A stretch of 64,000 bases of DNA, from contig OY968769.1 of assembly GCA_963695345.1 (NCBI GenBank), positions 1,504,001 through 1,568,000 on the forward strand, read 5' to 3'. Below the pieces are notes generated by a model. It was not told the DNA's origin. It saw only the letters and a list, made by a program, of their open reading frames with translations, and ran no database searches. Position numbers and translations under genes: made by a program. This stretch comes from an uncultured Methanomassiliicoccales archaeon (GTDB taxonomy: Archaea > Thermoplasmatota > Thermoplasmata > Methanomassiliicoccales > UBA472). Positions 1 to 8,363 of the stretch are shown here, piece by piece. How positions within the stretch are numbered: the stretch's first letter is position 1; every line of letters begins with the position of its first letter.

Positions 1-63
1 CCTTGGGGTCTTCCTTAGGATGTTCCTGCCCCTTCGCCTCAGTCCGTGTGACGGTCTAACCAT
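1..63 (-). CDS. rpl21e: 50S ribosomal protein L21e, N-terminal part (runs off window edge)
   Basis: Reverse strand from ATG at 63 reads MVRPSHGLRRRGRNILRKTPR, typical of the L21e N-terminus; pus10-rpl21e adjacency is a conserved archaeal arrangement. Confidence 0.85.
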   Translation of the reverse strand, partial: MVRPSHGLRRRGRNILRKTPR

Positions 64-66
64 GTA

Positions 67-1311
67 TTACACCTCAGTGATATCGATTATTTCAACCACA
101 TCGAGCGCGGTAACCTGGCAGGGTACTCCGAGTTCCTCCGCGAGGTTCGGTTTGGTCCTGCCCCCATCTCCGGAGACCAGTTCTTTCACGTAGGTCCCGG
201 ATTGAGTTCGCAGACGGAGCACCAGGACGTCGTCGTCGAAGGATTCGACGGAGGCATCGATGATCTCCCTTTCCCGGTCGAGGTCCGCTCTTCTGTGGAC
301 CACCCGAACGGGAGTCTGCTGGCTAATACGCCTGTGTTTGAACGTGTGAACAACCTCATTTACTTTTTCCTTATTAACTTTGCCGTGGACGGTGACGTGG
401 GCGAGATACACCTTCTCTGGGTCGTCCATCTTTACCCGGCGCACCTCCGCCTTGGTCGAGAAACGCAGATCGAACGCATCGGCCAGTCCCGCTCCTGATT
501 CTGAGATCAGCTTCTGCATCTTTTCCAGGTCGATGTCCCTGATCTTCGGCTCGGCTATCTCCAGGACGAAGGGGCGTCCGGACCCGAGCATCCGGGCATC
601 GATATCCTCACGGCCCATGCCATGGAAGAAATGCTCCCGTCCCTCGGCCTCCTTCAGGATCGGGTCGCCGATGACCTCCTGCACGGATATCTGGTACATC
701 TTGCCGGTGCCTTTGCAGCGGGGGCAGCCCTTGCCCCGGCACTCCCGGCATGGCCACTTGGTCTGCGGGATCTCCCGGGAATACTTGTGATAGCGGCCGT
801 ATATGAAAAGCGGAGCGATGCTCAGCTCCACATGGCAGAAACGGGTGTCGATCAATGCCACTACCTCCGGGGTCTCAAAACAGACCTCTTTCTTGGTCTT
901 GGCCTGGATCAGTTTTCCGATCTCCTGATTGAGCTCTGCCTTGATCGGCTCGGCCTTATCCTGACCGACCTCTGACCAGACCCTCTCCTCGCGTTCCTGG
1001 ATGGTAGGGTCGACACGGCATCCGATGAGGAAGTTGTGGTACTCGACCCGGGACATGGCGTCGATGGCCGCATCCGCGAAACGCTCCACGTTATCGAATA
1101 CATCCTCGCACACCCAGCATTTCTGGTGTTCCAGCTTGACCTTGCCGTCCAGGATGCGCTGGAAGTTAAGGGTCATGCGGACGGACCGGCCCCGGTCCTG
1201 GTTGGACAGGCCAGTATCGACGTGTGCGAATATCCTTCCCAAGCAATGGTCGCAAAGGTCATGCTCCAGTGCCTTCTCGGCTTGCTCTAGAATTTGAGGC
1301 ACTTGTTTCAA
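67..1311 (-). CDS. pus10: tRNA pseudouridine(54/55) synthase Pus10
   Basis: N-terminal CxxC...CxxC zinc site, GRYxKxSRxIPQTxW, HGMGREDID catalytic Asp motif, GTYVKE. Confidence 0.95.
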   Translation of the reverse strand: MKQVPQILEQAEKALEHDLCDHCLGRIFAHVDTGLSNQDRGRSVRMTLNFQRILDGKVKLEHQKCWVCEDVFDNVERFADAAIDAMSRVEYHNFLIGCRVDPTIQEREERVWSEVGQDKAEPIKAELNQEIGKLIQAKTKKEVCFETPEVVALIDTRFCHVELSIAPLFIYGRYHKYSREIPQTKWPCRECRGKGCPRCKGTGKMYQISVQEVIGDPILKEAEGREHFFHGMGREDIDARMLGSGRPFVLEIAEPKIRDIDLEKMQKLISESGAGLADAFDLRFSTKAEVRRVKMDDPEKVYLAHVTVHGKVNKEKVNEVVHTFKHRRISQQTPVRVVHRRADLDREREIIDASVESFDDDVLVLRLRTQSGTYVKELVSGDGGRTKPNLAEELGVPCQVTALDVVEIIDITEV

Positions 1312-1316
1312 CCCCG

Positions 1317-1856
1317 TTACTGGAAACCCATCTCCATGATCTTCAAGGTGGCCCGCTTGCGTTCCAGGTAGCGGTACACGGTAGCGTGCTCGCTTCCCGA
1401 TAGGACCATGTCCACCGCGGTACGCCCGATGGGCAGCTGAATGGAATTCCCGATGATGGCTACGGTGTCGCCGTAGACCGACAGATCGACGCCGCTCATG
1501 TCCTCGATTATCCGGCGAGTCTTTCCGCCGGTACCGATGACCCGGGCCCTCATTCGCTGTAACTGGTCATGGCCTTTGCCGACGTAATCGTCAATGTCCA
1601 TGATCTCCAGGTACTCATCCTCGCCCATCAGCCTCAGCGCCCGTTCAGGCGAGAATCCCCGGCCGATGGCCTTGATGATGTCGACAGCCTTCAGGGACAT
1701 GACCGGGTCCTTGGCACCCTCGTCCTCGATGAACACCTCTCCCTCGGTGTCGACCCTGACGGTCATCTGCATCCTTTCCTGGAGCATTCTCTTGCTGGCT
1801 CCGTCTTTGCCGATAAGGGCCCCCACTCTCTCTTTCGGGATGCGCACTGCCTTCAT
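1317..1856 (-). CDS. KH-domain rRNA-processing protein (Dim2/Pno1/Krr1-like)
   Basis: Two KH GxxG loops (LIGKDG, VIGTGG), AIGRGFSPE motif; adjacent to RIO1. Confidence 0.92.
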   Translation of the reverse strand: MKAVRIPKERVGALIGKDGASKRMLQERMQMTVRVDTEGEVFIEDEGAKDPVMSLKAVDIIKAIGRGFSPERALRLMGEDEYLEIMDIDDYVGKGHDQLQRMRARVIGTGGKTRRIIEDMSGVDLSVYGDTVAIIGNSIQLPIGRTAVDMVLSGSEHATVYRYLERKRATLKIMEMGFQ

Positions 1857-2644
1857 TTTGTCTTGGCCCCCTGTATTAATTTGAGAACTTCCGCGTCGGT
1901 CTTGGTCTTGATGTCCAACGACCTGAAATAGTGATTTATATTGGTGATGTCCCGTTTCAGGAACTCCAGCGAGTTCACATGATCGACCAGCATCGCCTGC
2001 CCGACGTCGATGATGACCGGCTCGCCGTTCTCCATGAGGATGTTGTACTCGCTGAGGTCTCCGTGGACCAGCTCCGCCTTCTGATACATGATCTTCATGT
2101 ACTTCAGGATCGTCTTGTATATCTGATCCGGGTCCTCCAGGTGCGAGTTCTTGAGGCTCGGGGCTGGCTGTTCCTCGGTGCCGATGTATTCCATGAACAG
2201 GATGTTCTTGTGGAACCGTACTGGTTCTGGGACCCGGACCTTAGCCTCGGTCATGCGGCAGAGGTTCTTGAACTCCTTGGCCGACCAGGCAAAGACGATC
2301 TTGCGGTGGGATCCCTGCAGGCCCTTGAACCGGGGATCTCCCTCGATATACTTGGCGATGTTGTGGAAGGTCGAGTTGGAGGTGCGGTAGACCTTCATCG
2401 CCAGTATCTCGTTCTCGGGCGTGGTGACACGAAAAACGTTGCCCTCCTTGCCGGTGGAGATAGGGAAATCGACCGTCTCCAGCACGCCCATCTTCATGAG
2501 CTTGTCGAGGGCGTACATGGTCTGCCGGTCGAAGACCTCGTCCAGCGTCTTGCGGGCGTCATCCTGGGCATTCTCGGAACGCCTCAGGCGGAGGCTCTCC
2601 ACCTTGCGATCAAGATCAGAAAAAGTATTGTCGTTCTTGGGCAT
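1853..2644 (-). CDS. rio1: RIO1 family serine kinase/ATPase
   Basis: ISTGKEGNVF P-loop, VHGDLSEYNIL catalytic loop, IIDVGQA; overlaps the KH gene by 4 nt. Confidence 0.95.
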   Translation of the reverse strand: MPKNDNTFSDLDRKVESLRLRRSENAQDDARKTLDEVFDRQTMYALDKLMKMGVLETVDFPISTGKEGNVFRVTTPENEILAMKVYRTSNSTFHNIAKYIEGDPRFKGLQGSHRKIVFAWSAKEFKNLCRMTEAKVRVPEPVRFHKNILFMEYIGTEEQPAPSLKNSHLEDPDQIYKTILKYMKIMYQKAELVHGDLSEYNILMENGEPVIIDVGQAMLVDHVNSLEFLKRDITNINHYFRSLDIKTKTDAEVLKLIQGAKTK

Positions 2645-2658
2645 TGCGATGCCCTCCC

Positions 2659-2985
2659 TTAAAAGACATCCAGGTTCTTCGGCAATACCTTCTTGCGGCT
2701 CATATAGGTAGCCTGGGTCTTGGTGTAACGGTAAAGGATGTCCGCTTTGTCGTCCTGGAATTCCCAGGGACGGAGGATGAGCAGGTCCCCCTCACGGATC
2801 CACATGCGCTTGCGGATCTTGCCCGGTATACGGCCCATGCGGGACTTTCCGTCCGCGCACATGATCTTGATTCTCGAGGCTCCGAGAAGCTGGTCGGCTA
2901 TGCCGAACATTTCTCCCTCCTTCCTGTTTGGATAGGGGCAGCGCAGAATCTCATCGCTCTGCTCCACATCAACCTGATTATTCAA
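2659..2985 (-). CDS. eif1a: Translation initiation factor aIF-1A
   Basis: RIPGKIRKRMWIREGD and W-x-FQ-x-x-KADI signature; aIF1A-rio1-KH synteny. Confidence 0.95.
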   Translation of the reverse strand: MNNQVDVEQSDEILRCPYPNRKEGEMFGIADQLLGASRIKIMCADGKSRMGRIPGKIRKRMWIREGDLLILRPWEFQDDKADILYRYTKTQATYMSRKKVLPKNLDVF

Positions 2986-3108
2986 TCAAAGCCTCCGATT
3001 AGTGCGTCTCTCATAAACTAAACTAGTATATAACGTTGTTTCAGGGAATGACCGCTAAACCAGCCAATGGCCATTCAGAGTCTGTTATGTCCATCGTCTA
3101 GCAGCCAA

Positions 3109-3945
3109 TCATCGGAATAGCTCGTCCGCGAGCCAGTGATCGCGGTCCATGCGGGCCTGCTCGTCGAGGGCATGGCCAGAATCGTACCATTTCACAACCT
3201 TCGGGTCGCTCGCCGCGTCCGCCAGGGATTGCATCCTGTCGTGCCCGAAATACTCTTCCCTGGTCCCCATTTGAAGCATGACGCTCGCCGGTGCCGCATG
3301 GGGAACGAACCGGACAGGGTCGATGTCCTCCACCTTCCCACGGTATCTCGCCACCTCTTCCTTGGTAATGTTCGGTATGCTCGCTGTCGCCACGTCGGCG
3401 AAGCTTACGGTCCCCGACATTAGAACATACGCCCTGGCCCTCCGATCGATGCTGGTGATCAGGGCACCGCACAAGGCTCCCAGGCTGTGCCCGACATATC
3501 CGAGTCGCTCCCCGTCCACCATCGGCTCGGACATCAGAACGTCGATCGCCCTCCTGAGGTCCTTGACAGAGTCGATGAACTCCGCCCGGTCGTGGTCTGG
3601 ATTTCCCATGTCCTTCGCCCATTCCATGCCCGCTGACCATGCCGCGTCCACCATAAGTGAGCAGATCCGCAGGTCAGCCAGTTTCAACGCCTCGTCCAGG
3701 AAGGTCTTTCTGGAACCGGGCAGAGGATGGACGAACAGAATAGCGGGGAATCCCTTTCCGACCGTAGGGGTCACCATGTAGGCGTTGATCGTTCGGCCGC
3801 TGGCCCCTCGATAGCTGATGTCATGCACGACCTTCCCGTCGAATACCTCCTCTCCAACCTCATGAATGTCCAGGTCTGCTTCGGTATTGTAATCGAAACG
3901 GGGGTCGCTCTTCAGGTTCAGTGTTATGCTGGGTGATGAGATCAT
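3109..3945 (-). CDS. Alpha/beta hydrolase (acetylxylan esterase/dienelactone hydrolase-like)
   Basis: GHSLG nucleophile elbow, C-terminal SGH catalytic His; start chosen at ATG 3945 (ORF open to 4005). Confidence 0.8.
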   Translation of the reverse strand: MISSPSITLNLKSDPRFDYNTEADLDIHEVGEEVFDGKVVHDISYRGASGRTINAYMVTPTVGKGFPAILFVHPLPGSRKTFLDEALKLADLRICSLMVDAAWSAGMEWAKDMGNPDHDRAEFIDSVKDLRRAIDVLMSEPMVDGERLGYVGHSLGALCGALITSIDRRARAYVLMSGTVSFADVATASIPNITKEEVARYRGKVEDIDPVRFVPHAAPASVMLQMGTREEYFGHDRMQSLADAASDPKVVKWYDSGHALDEQARMDRDHWLADELFR

Positions 3946-4129
3946 TTGAATCATTACTTGGTTTGGTAGTATCAGATATAAGATGATTGGCGGGCGGATC
4001 GGCAACCAATTCGGACCGTCTTTGTTGGCGCAGTGCCAAGGATAAGGAGGAATGGGGTTGGGGGGTGTCCATGGTGATTAGTGGTGTTGATCGCTTCAAT
4101 AACCGTTACGATCTGCACCTTACCTAAGG

Positions 4130-4137
4130 TTTAAGTA
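4130..4137 (+). promoter_or_regulatory. TATA box of tRNA-Glu
   Basis: TTTAAGTA ending 27 nt upstream of the tRNA 5' end. Confidence 0.6.
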
Positions 4138-4164
4138 TGGTTTCCAATATGAACGCATAAATCC

Positions 4165-4268
4165 GCTCCCGTAGTGTAGTCCGGTCAATCATGTTGGCCT
4201 TTCGTCGCGGGGAATTGCTTCGCGGAAGCAAGTCAACGACTCGGGTTCAAATCCCGGCGGGAGCACCA
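4165..4268 (+). tRNA. tRNA-Glu(UUC) with 26-nt intron at 37/38 (intron 4205-4230), encoded CCA
   Basis: Acceptor stem GCTCCCG/CGGGAGC, anticodon stem TTGGC/GTCAA, anticodon TTC 4201-4203, T-loop GGTTCAAATCC, CCA 4266-4268; bulge-helix-bulge forms at the exon-intron junctions. Confidence 0.93.
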
Positions 4269-4532
4269 CTTCTATCCAAAAGATAAATTTCTGCTCAGGC
4301 ATTTTCGATATCATGGTCGGACCTAATAAGTTCAACACGATCAAATATTGGTGCCGCCAAAGCCATGGATTGCATATGGGGCGAATATCTTGGTCCTGTT
4401 CCCGGGTCGGCCTTCCCGATACGGGCATGATATGGGTTTTGATCCTGCGATGGTATGCTAACCTAGCATCGCCTCCCCAGTCATTTTCCTCTTCCCATGT
4501 CGCAAAATTGAAATAAAAACCTTGTTGATTGG

Positions 4533-5609
4533 TTGAAGGGTGTTCACATAGCGAACTTGCCGGACCTGACCAGATCCGAACTTGATTCTCATTTCGTCCA
4601 ACTGCAGAAGAAATGTCCCCATCTTCAGGCCTTCGTCAAAGCTCCCCGGTCTGACCTTACCTATGTTTATCCCGAGGGCGCCGATTCCCAATCATTCCAT
4701 GGTGCAAGCATCGGCAAGCTGTTCACCACTACGCTCGTTCATCAATTAGTGATGGAGGGCAGGTTGTCGTTATCGACGCCCTTATACAAACTGGTTCCCG
4801 AGTACACATTGAAAAGGCTCTTCGTCTACCGTGGACTGGACTACCGTCATCTTGTGACCGTGGACCACCTGCTCACCCATACCTCGGGGATGGCCGATAA
4901 CTTCGGTGACAAAGGGAAAAAGGCTACGCAGTTCATGGACCTCGTCCTCTCAGAGCCAGAACGACTATGGGACCCGGATTCGATCCTGGAGTTCTGCCGG
5001 GAGAACCTCGATGCGGTTGATGTCCCTGGGGCCCGGTATCACTACTCCGACCCCGGTTTCGTCCTGCTCGGGAAGATCATCGAGGCGGTGACTGGGAAGA
5101 AGTTCCATCAAAATCTGCAGGAACGGATTTTCGATCCACTGGGGATGACCAATTCCTACTTCCTATTCACTCCTCAGAGATCAGCCCGTGGGCCGATCAA
5201 CAAGATCGAGCTGCACGGTTCCGATGTGTCAGGATACAATAGTCTCAGCTGCGATCAGGCAGGTGGTGGCGTTGTTTCGACCCCGAAGGACCTGGATGTT
5301 TTCATCAGGGCTTTGTTCCAAGGGCGTTTGATAGAAAGAGGACTCTTGCAGGGCATGATGGACTTTCCCTACAAATTTCGAAACGGGATCTACTACGGGA
5401 GGGGGACGATGGAACTGCGGATGGAAGGCCTTTTCTTCTTACTAAGAGGATATCCCCGATTTAGGGGCCATATCGGGATCCTGTCCACTCACCTATGGTA
5501 CGACGAGGTAAATGACATCAGCTATGTACTGAACTTCGGCTCCGACCGGCATATGAAGCTCAGCTTCCAGGCCTTGATAAGGTTGGTCAATGCATATGGA
5601 CGACGTTAG
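4533..5609 (+). CDS. Serine hydrolase, beta-lactamase/D-Ala-D-Ala carboxypeptidase family
   Basis: SxxK (ASIGK), LLTHTSG, YSD (YxN-like), GHIG motifs. Confidence 0.85.
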   Translation: MKGVHIANLPDLTRSELDSHFVQLQKKCPHLQAFVKAPRSDLTYVYPEGADSQSFHGASIGKLFTTTLVHQLVMEGRLSLSTPLYKLVPEYTLKRLFVYRGLDYRHLVTVDHLLTHTSGMADNFGDKGKKATQFMDLVLSEPERLWDPDSILEFCRENLDAVDVPGARYHYSDPGFVLLGKIIEAVTGKKFHQNLQERIFDPLGMTNSYFLFTPQRSARGPINKIELHGSDVSGYNSLSCDQAGGGVVSTPKDLDVFIRALFQGRLIERGLLQGMMDFPYKFRNGIYYGRGTMELRMEGLFFLLRGYPRFRGHIGILSTHLWYDEVNDISYVLNFGSDRHMKLSFQALIRLVNAYGRR

Positions 5610-6061
5610 GAATTGCGTCGAAGCCGCAATTAACATTGGACTTTAATGGCATATGCTTGTAGCACGTCCCATTGGAACAACATTCCCTATTCTGGAAGAG
5701 GGGCGGGGAAGTTCCGATACACATATTCGACCGGTCCAGATAGTAGCCCTAGGCTAGGGCCAATATTCAGTGCCTATAGACCACCGCGACTGGACCGTTC
5801 TGGTTCGGCCATCGGCTGATGAAACTGCCGAACTGGTCCTTGAATAATAGTATGCGATCGATGGTGAACACACAATATGCCTGACCGTTTTCAATTCAGT
5901 TTCGGCCAGGGCATGTCGTGATTCTTTTAGTTGGCCAGGTCGGACGTTAATGTGAGGACCTTTCGAGGCCAGTGGAGATGGTCGTCGTTCTTCTGGTGGG
6001 CATCGTTGCGATCACAGGGGATGGGACCGATCCGGGAATGGTGGCTGGGTTCGAGATCTGT

Positions 6062-6844
6062 TTATCTCTTCAGCCTCTTGCGCATGATGTTCACGAAACG
6101 CGTGTTGCTGATCGGGTGGTCGGCGATCAGCTCACCGTCGTGGACGATGCAGAACACACCGAATGGGCAGGGAGAAGCCTGGGCCTCATCCGAGCCTTCG
6201 ATCTCGATCAATTTCGTCCTCAGTCCGAACTCGTCCTTGGCACTCGCCATGATGGCGTTCACGTTCTTCACGGAATAGGGGCACTGTGGAGAGCGTAGGA
6301 TGGTGACTCCCTCGCCATACCGTTTCAGGCCGTCCATCATGTCCTTCTTGAAACAGGGGTCCTCTGCCGAATCTCCGAACCTAAGGGCCAAGAGCTCGAA
6401 GTCCGGCGGTGCACTGTCTACCGCCACGAACCCCTTCTTCTGGAAGATATCCCTGTCCGCCATGAACGAACCCTTTCGGGTGACCACCGCAACTCCGTCC
6501 AATCCCTGTTCTTTAGACTCCCTGATGCACTCCTCTAGAAGTGCCGAGGCAAGCCCCCTCCCTTTGTACTCCTTCCTGAAGCCGACAAAGATGCAATGGA
6601 TGAACATGTACCTGTCCGCATCGACCGGCCGATGCGCATACTTACCGGGAATGTATTCCAGCATTCCCTGGTAACCGCCGCTCTCCATGATGACTGCCTT
6701 GATCCTGAGGCCCAGGGGGTGGTATCTCCTGAACCACTCAATCTTCCGCTGAAGCTCGACCTGCTTACCGACGTCCTTGTACCCGCACACACCGTAGTCG
6801 GCGATGTTTCCCGGCGTTAGGTCGACGATCTCAAATTTTTCCAT
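6062..6844 (-). CDS. GNAT acetyltransferase with C-terminal YoaP domain
   Basis: GMLEYIPG, IHCIFV, YKGRGLA acetyl-CoA motif, QCPY and SPCPFGVF YoaP-like tail. Confidence 0.8.
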   Translation of the reverse strand: MEKFEIVDLTPGNIADYGVCGYKDVGKQVELQRKIEWFRRYHPLGLRIKAVIMESGGYQGMLEYIPGKYAHRPVDADRYMFIHCIFVGFRKEYKGRGLASALLEECIRESKEQGLDGVAVVTRKGSFMADRDIFQKKGFVAVDSAPPDFELLALRFGDSAEDPCFKKDMMDGLKRYGEGVTILRSPQCPYSVKNVNAIMASAKDEFGLRTKLIEIEGSDEAQASPCPFGVFCIVHDGELIADHPISNTRFVNIMRKRLKR

Positions 6845-6999
6845 CCATACCATCAATTGGCATGGCTGGTTTTAAATCTAGTCATATTGTTCCGACCACC
6901 CAACGCTATTGGTATGGGATATCAGAACTGGCGCTCATGTTAGGGTTGACCTACTCTGAATCCGGGATTGGAAGAGAAGGGCTCAAACAAAACCAATTT

Positions 7000-7635
7000 T
7001 TACGGTCTATCTCCGTTCAGTATGCTCTGGGCATTAGTATCTTTTAGAGTATAGGTCACGCTCAACCCCGGGTCGATGGTTACTGTCGTGTAAACCACCT
7101 TGGTATCAACACCGATGTAGGTATCGGACGGTGGGATTGATCCGCCGTCCCCCAGCGATTTCTCAGGGCAATGGTAGTGGTACACCCTCTTCTCTCCGAA
7201 CGCCGTCTGGACCGTCTCGATCGTTGGTGTCGCATTGTTGTTGCTGGTGTCACTGAGGGCATAACCGATGTGAGGCCAGTAAGAGTAGTCACGGGACTCG
7301 TTGTGGTACACTACTGTGCCATTGTAGTAGATATCATAGTTATGCATCGTGAAGGAGCGATAGCTCGACCCGGTGATGTTCCAGACGATAGTGGTATGCA
7401 TCACGGACTCCGAGTTGTACGCTACCGCCTGGTCCCAGATCAGGTAGTCGCCGGCCTCAAGGTTCGCGTGTGGCCCCCCGAATGGCAGCCCGGCGAGGAC
7501 CATCAGGAACGGTGAGGTGAATACGGCCACGATCAATAGGGAGAGGAGGATCAATTTTAGCCGGAAGCGTGGTCTCTTGGCGGGTGGACCGACCGTTACG
7601 ATCTGTTGTTGATCGACCTCGAATTGAGCATCCAT
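7000..7635 (-). CDS. Hypothetical membrane-anchored surface protein
   Basis: One N-terminal TM helix after a basic patch, then a beta-rich domain with several N-x-S/T sequons. Confidence 0.65.
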   Translation of the reverse strand: MDAQFEVDQQQIVTVGPPAKRPRFRLKLILLSLLIVAVFTSPFLMVLAGLPFGGPHANLEAGDYLIWDQAVAYNSESVMHTTIVWNITGSSYRSFTMHNYDIYYNGTVVYHNESRDYSYWPHIGYALSDTSNNNATPTIETVQTAFGEKRVYHYHCPEKSLGDGGSIPPSDTYIGVDTKVVYTTVTIDPGLSVTYTLKDTNAQSILNGDRP

Positions 7636-8022
7636 GACTTTCCCGTCTGTAATGATCTGTAGACTGAATTATTCCAGCCACTTTAATAATTGATGTCCTA
7701 CCCGAAATCAAAGGAGCCGATCCATTTATGTAGCCCCCTCGAAACGAGGCTGCCCGATACCGGAGGTCTCTCGCCAGATGATCTGGTCCCTTTGGGAAAT
7801 GTTTCGGAGAAAACCTTCACCATCCCATGACGATGTGGTTCCAGTGAGTTCGAGAACTCCTTACGGTACCTGACGATTCTTCAGATTTCATTCGTAGGCG
7901 ATTTTAACAATTTGTTAAGGGTCCAGGATCGCCCCGAGCCTGTCCTTTCCGTCTTCCAGATTTCCGTGGGTAAAGAGGCGCCTTGCTTTCCATTCATTCC
8001 AATATGTAGAAATTTTCATAAA

Positions 8023-8030
8023 TTTATATA
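8023..8030 (+). promoter_or_regulatory. TATA box of the putative RiPP operon
   Basis: TTTATATA in an AT-rich segment about 30-40 nt upstream of ATG 8062/8068. Confidence 0.6.
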
Positions 8031-8061
8031 TAGAAAGTATAGACAATATATACTGGAGATC

Positions 8062-8361
8062 ATGCACATGATCCAAAAAGAACCTACCATGGATATGGAG
8101 TCATTCATCGCCAAATTGAACAGCGACACGGCCTTCCGAAACAAGTTCCTTGATTATCCTGTGGATACTTTAAGAGAATCTGGATTTTCCTTAGGACAGG
8201 ATGTAGAGGAGAAAATCGAGGCAGCAATGGGTTATCTTAAGGAAGATATCAGGCACATTTTCGAAATCCCGTCAGGATCTAGTGATTTCCTGGAGATGAT
8301 CGGGTTCGGATTAACGATGCCGCCGGAGATCGAGGTCGAACCAGATATCAAAATCACATAA
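8062..8361 (+). CDS. NHLP-clan (nitrile hydratase leader/Os1348-like) putative RiPP precursor, about 99 aa
   Basis: FIAKLNSDTAFRNKFLDYPVDTLRESGFSL fits the NHLP leader pattern (D-x-x-FR-x-x-h-h-x-x-P-x-x-x-L-x-E-x-G); stop is 2 nt before the next ATG; start could be 8062, 8068 or 8089. Confidence 0.65.
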   Translation: MHMIQKEPTMDMESFIAKLNSDTAFRNKFLDYPVDTLRESGFSLGQDVEEKIEAAMGYLKEDIRHIFEIPSGSSDFLEMIGFGLTMPPEIEVEPDIKIT

Positions 8362-8363
8362 CA

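Noticed and set aside
4533-5609. Beta-lactam resistance gene (and macrolide resistance for the Mef-like MFS at 24165-25448)
   Set aside because: Family motifs only; these families contain many esterases, peptidases and general exporters, so resistance cannot be inferred
5810-5835. Hammerhead ribozyme core (CTGATGA...GAAA); similar CTGATGAG at 55004
   Set aside because: No stem II between CUGAUGA and GAAA at the first site and no GAAA at the second
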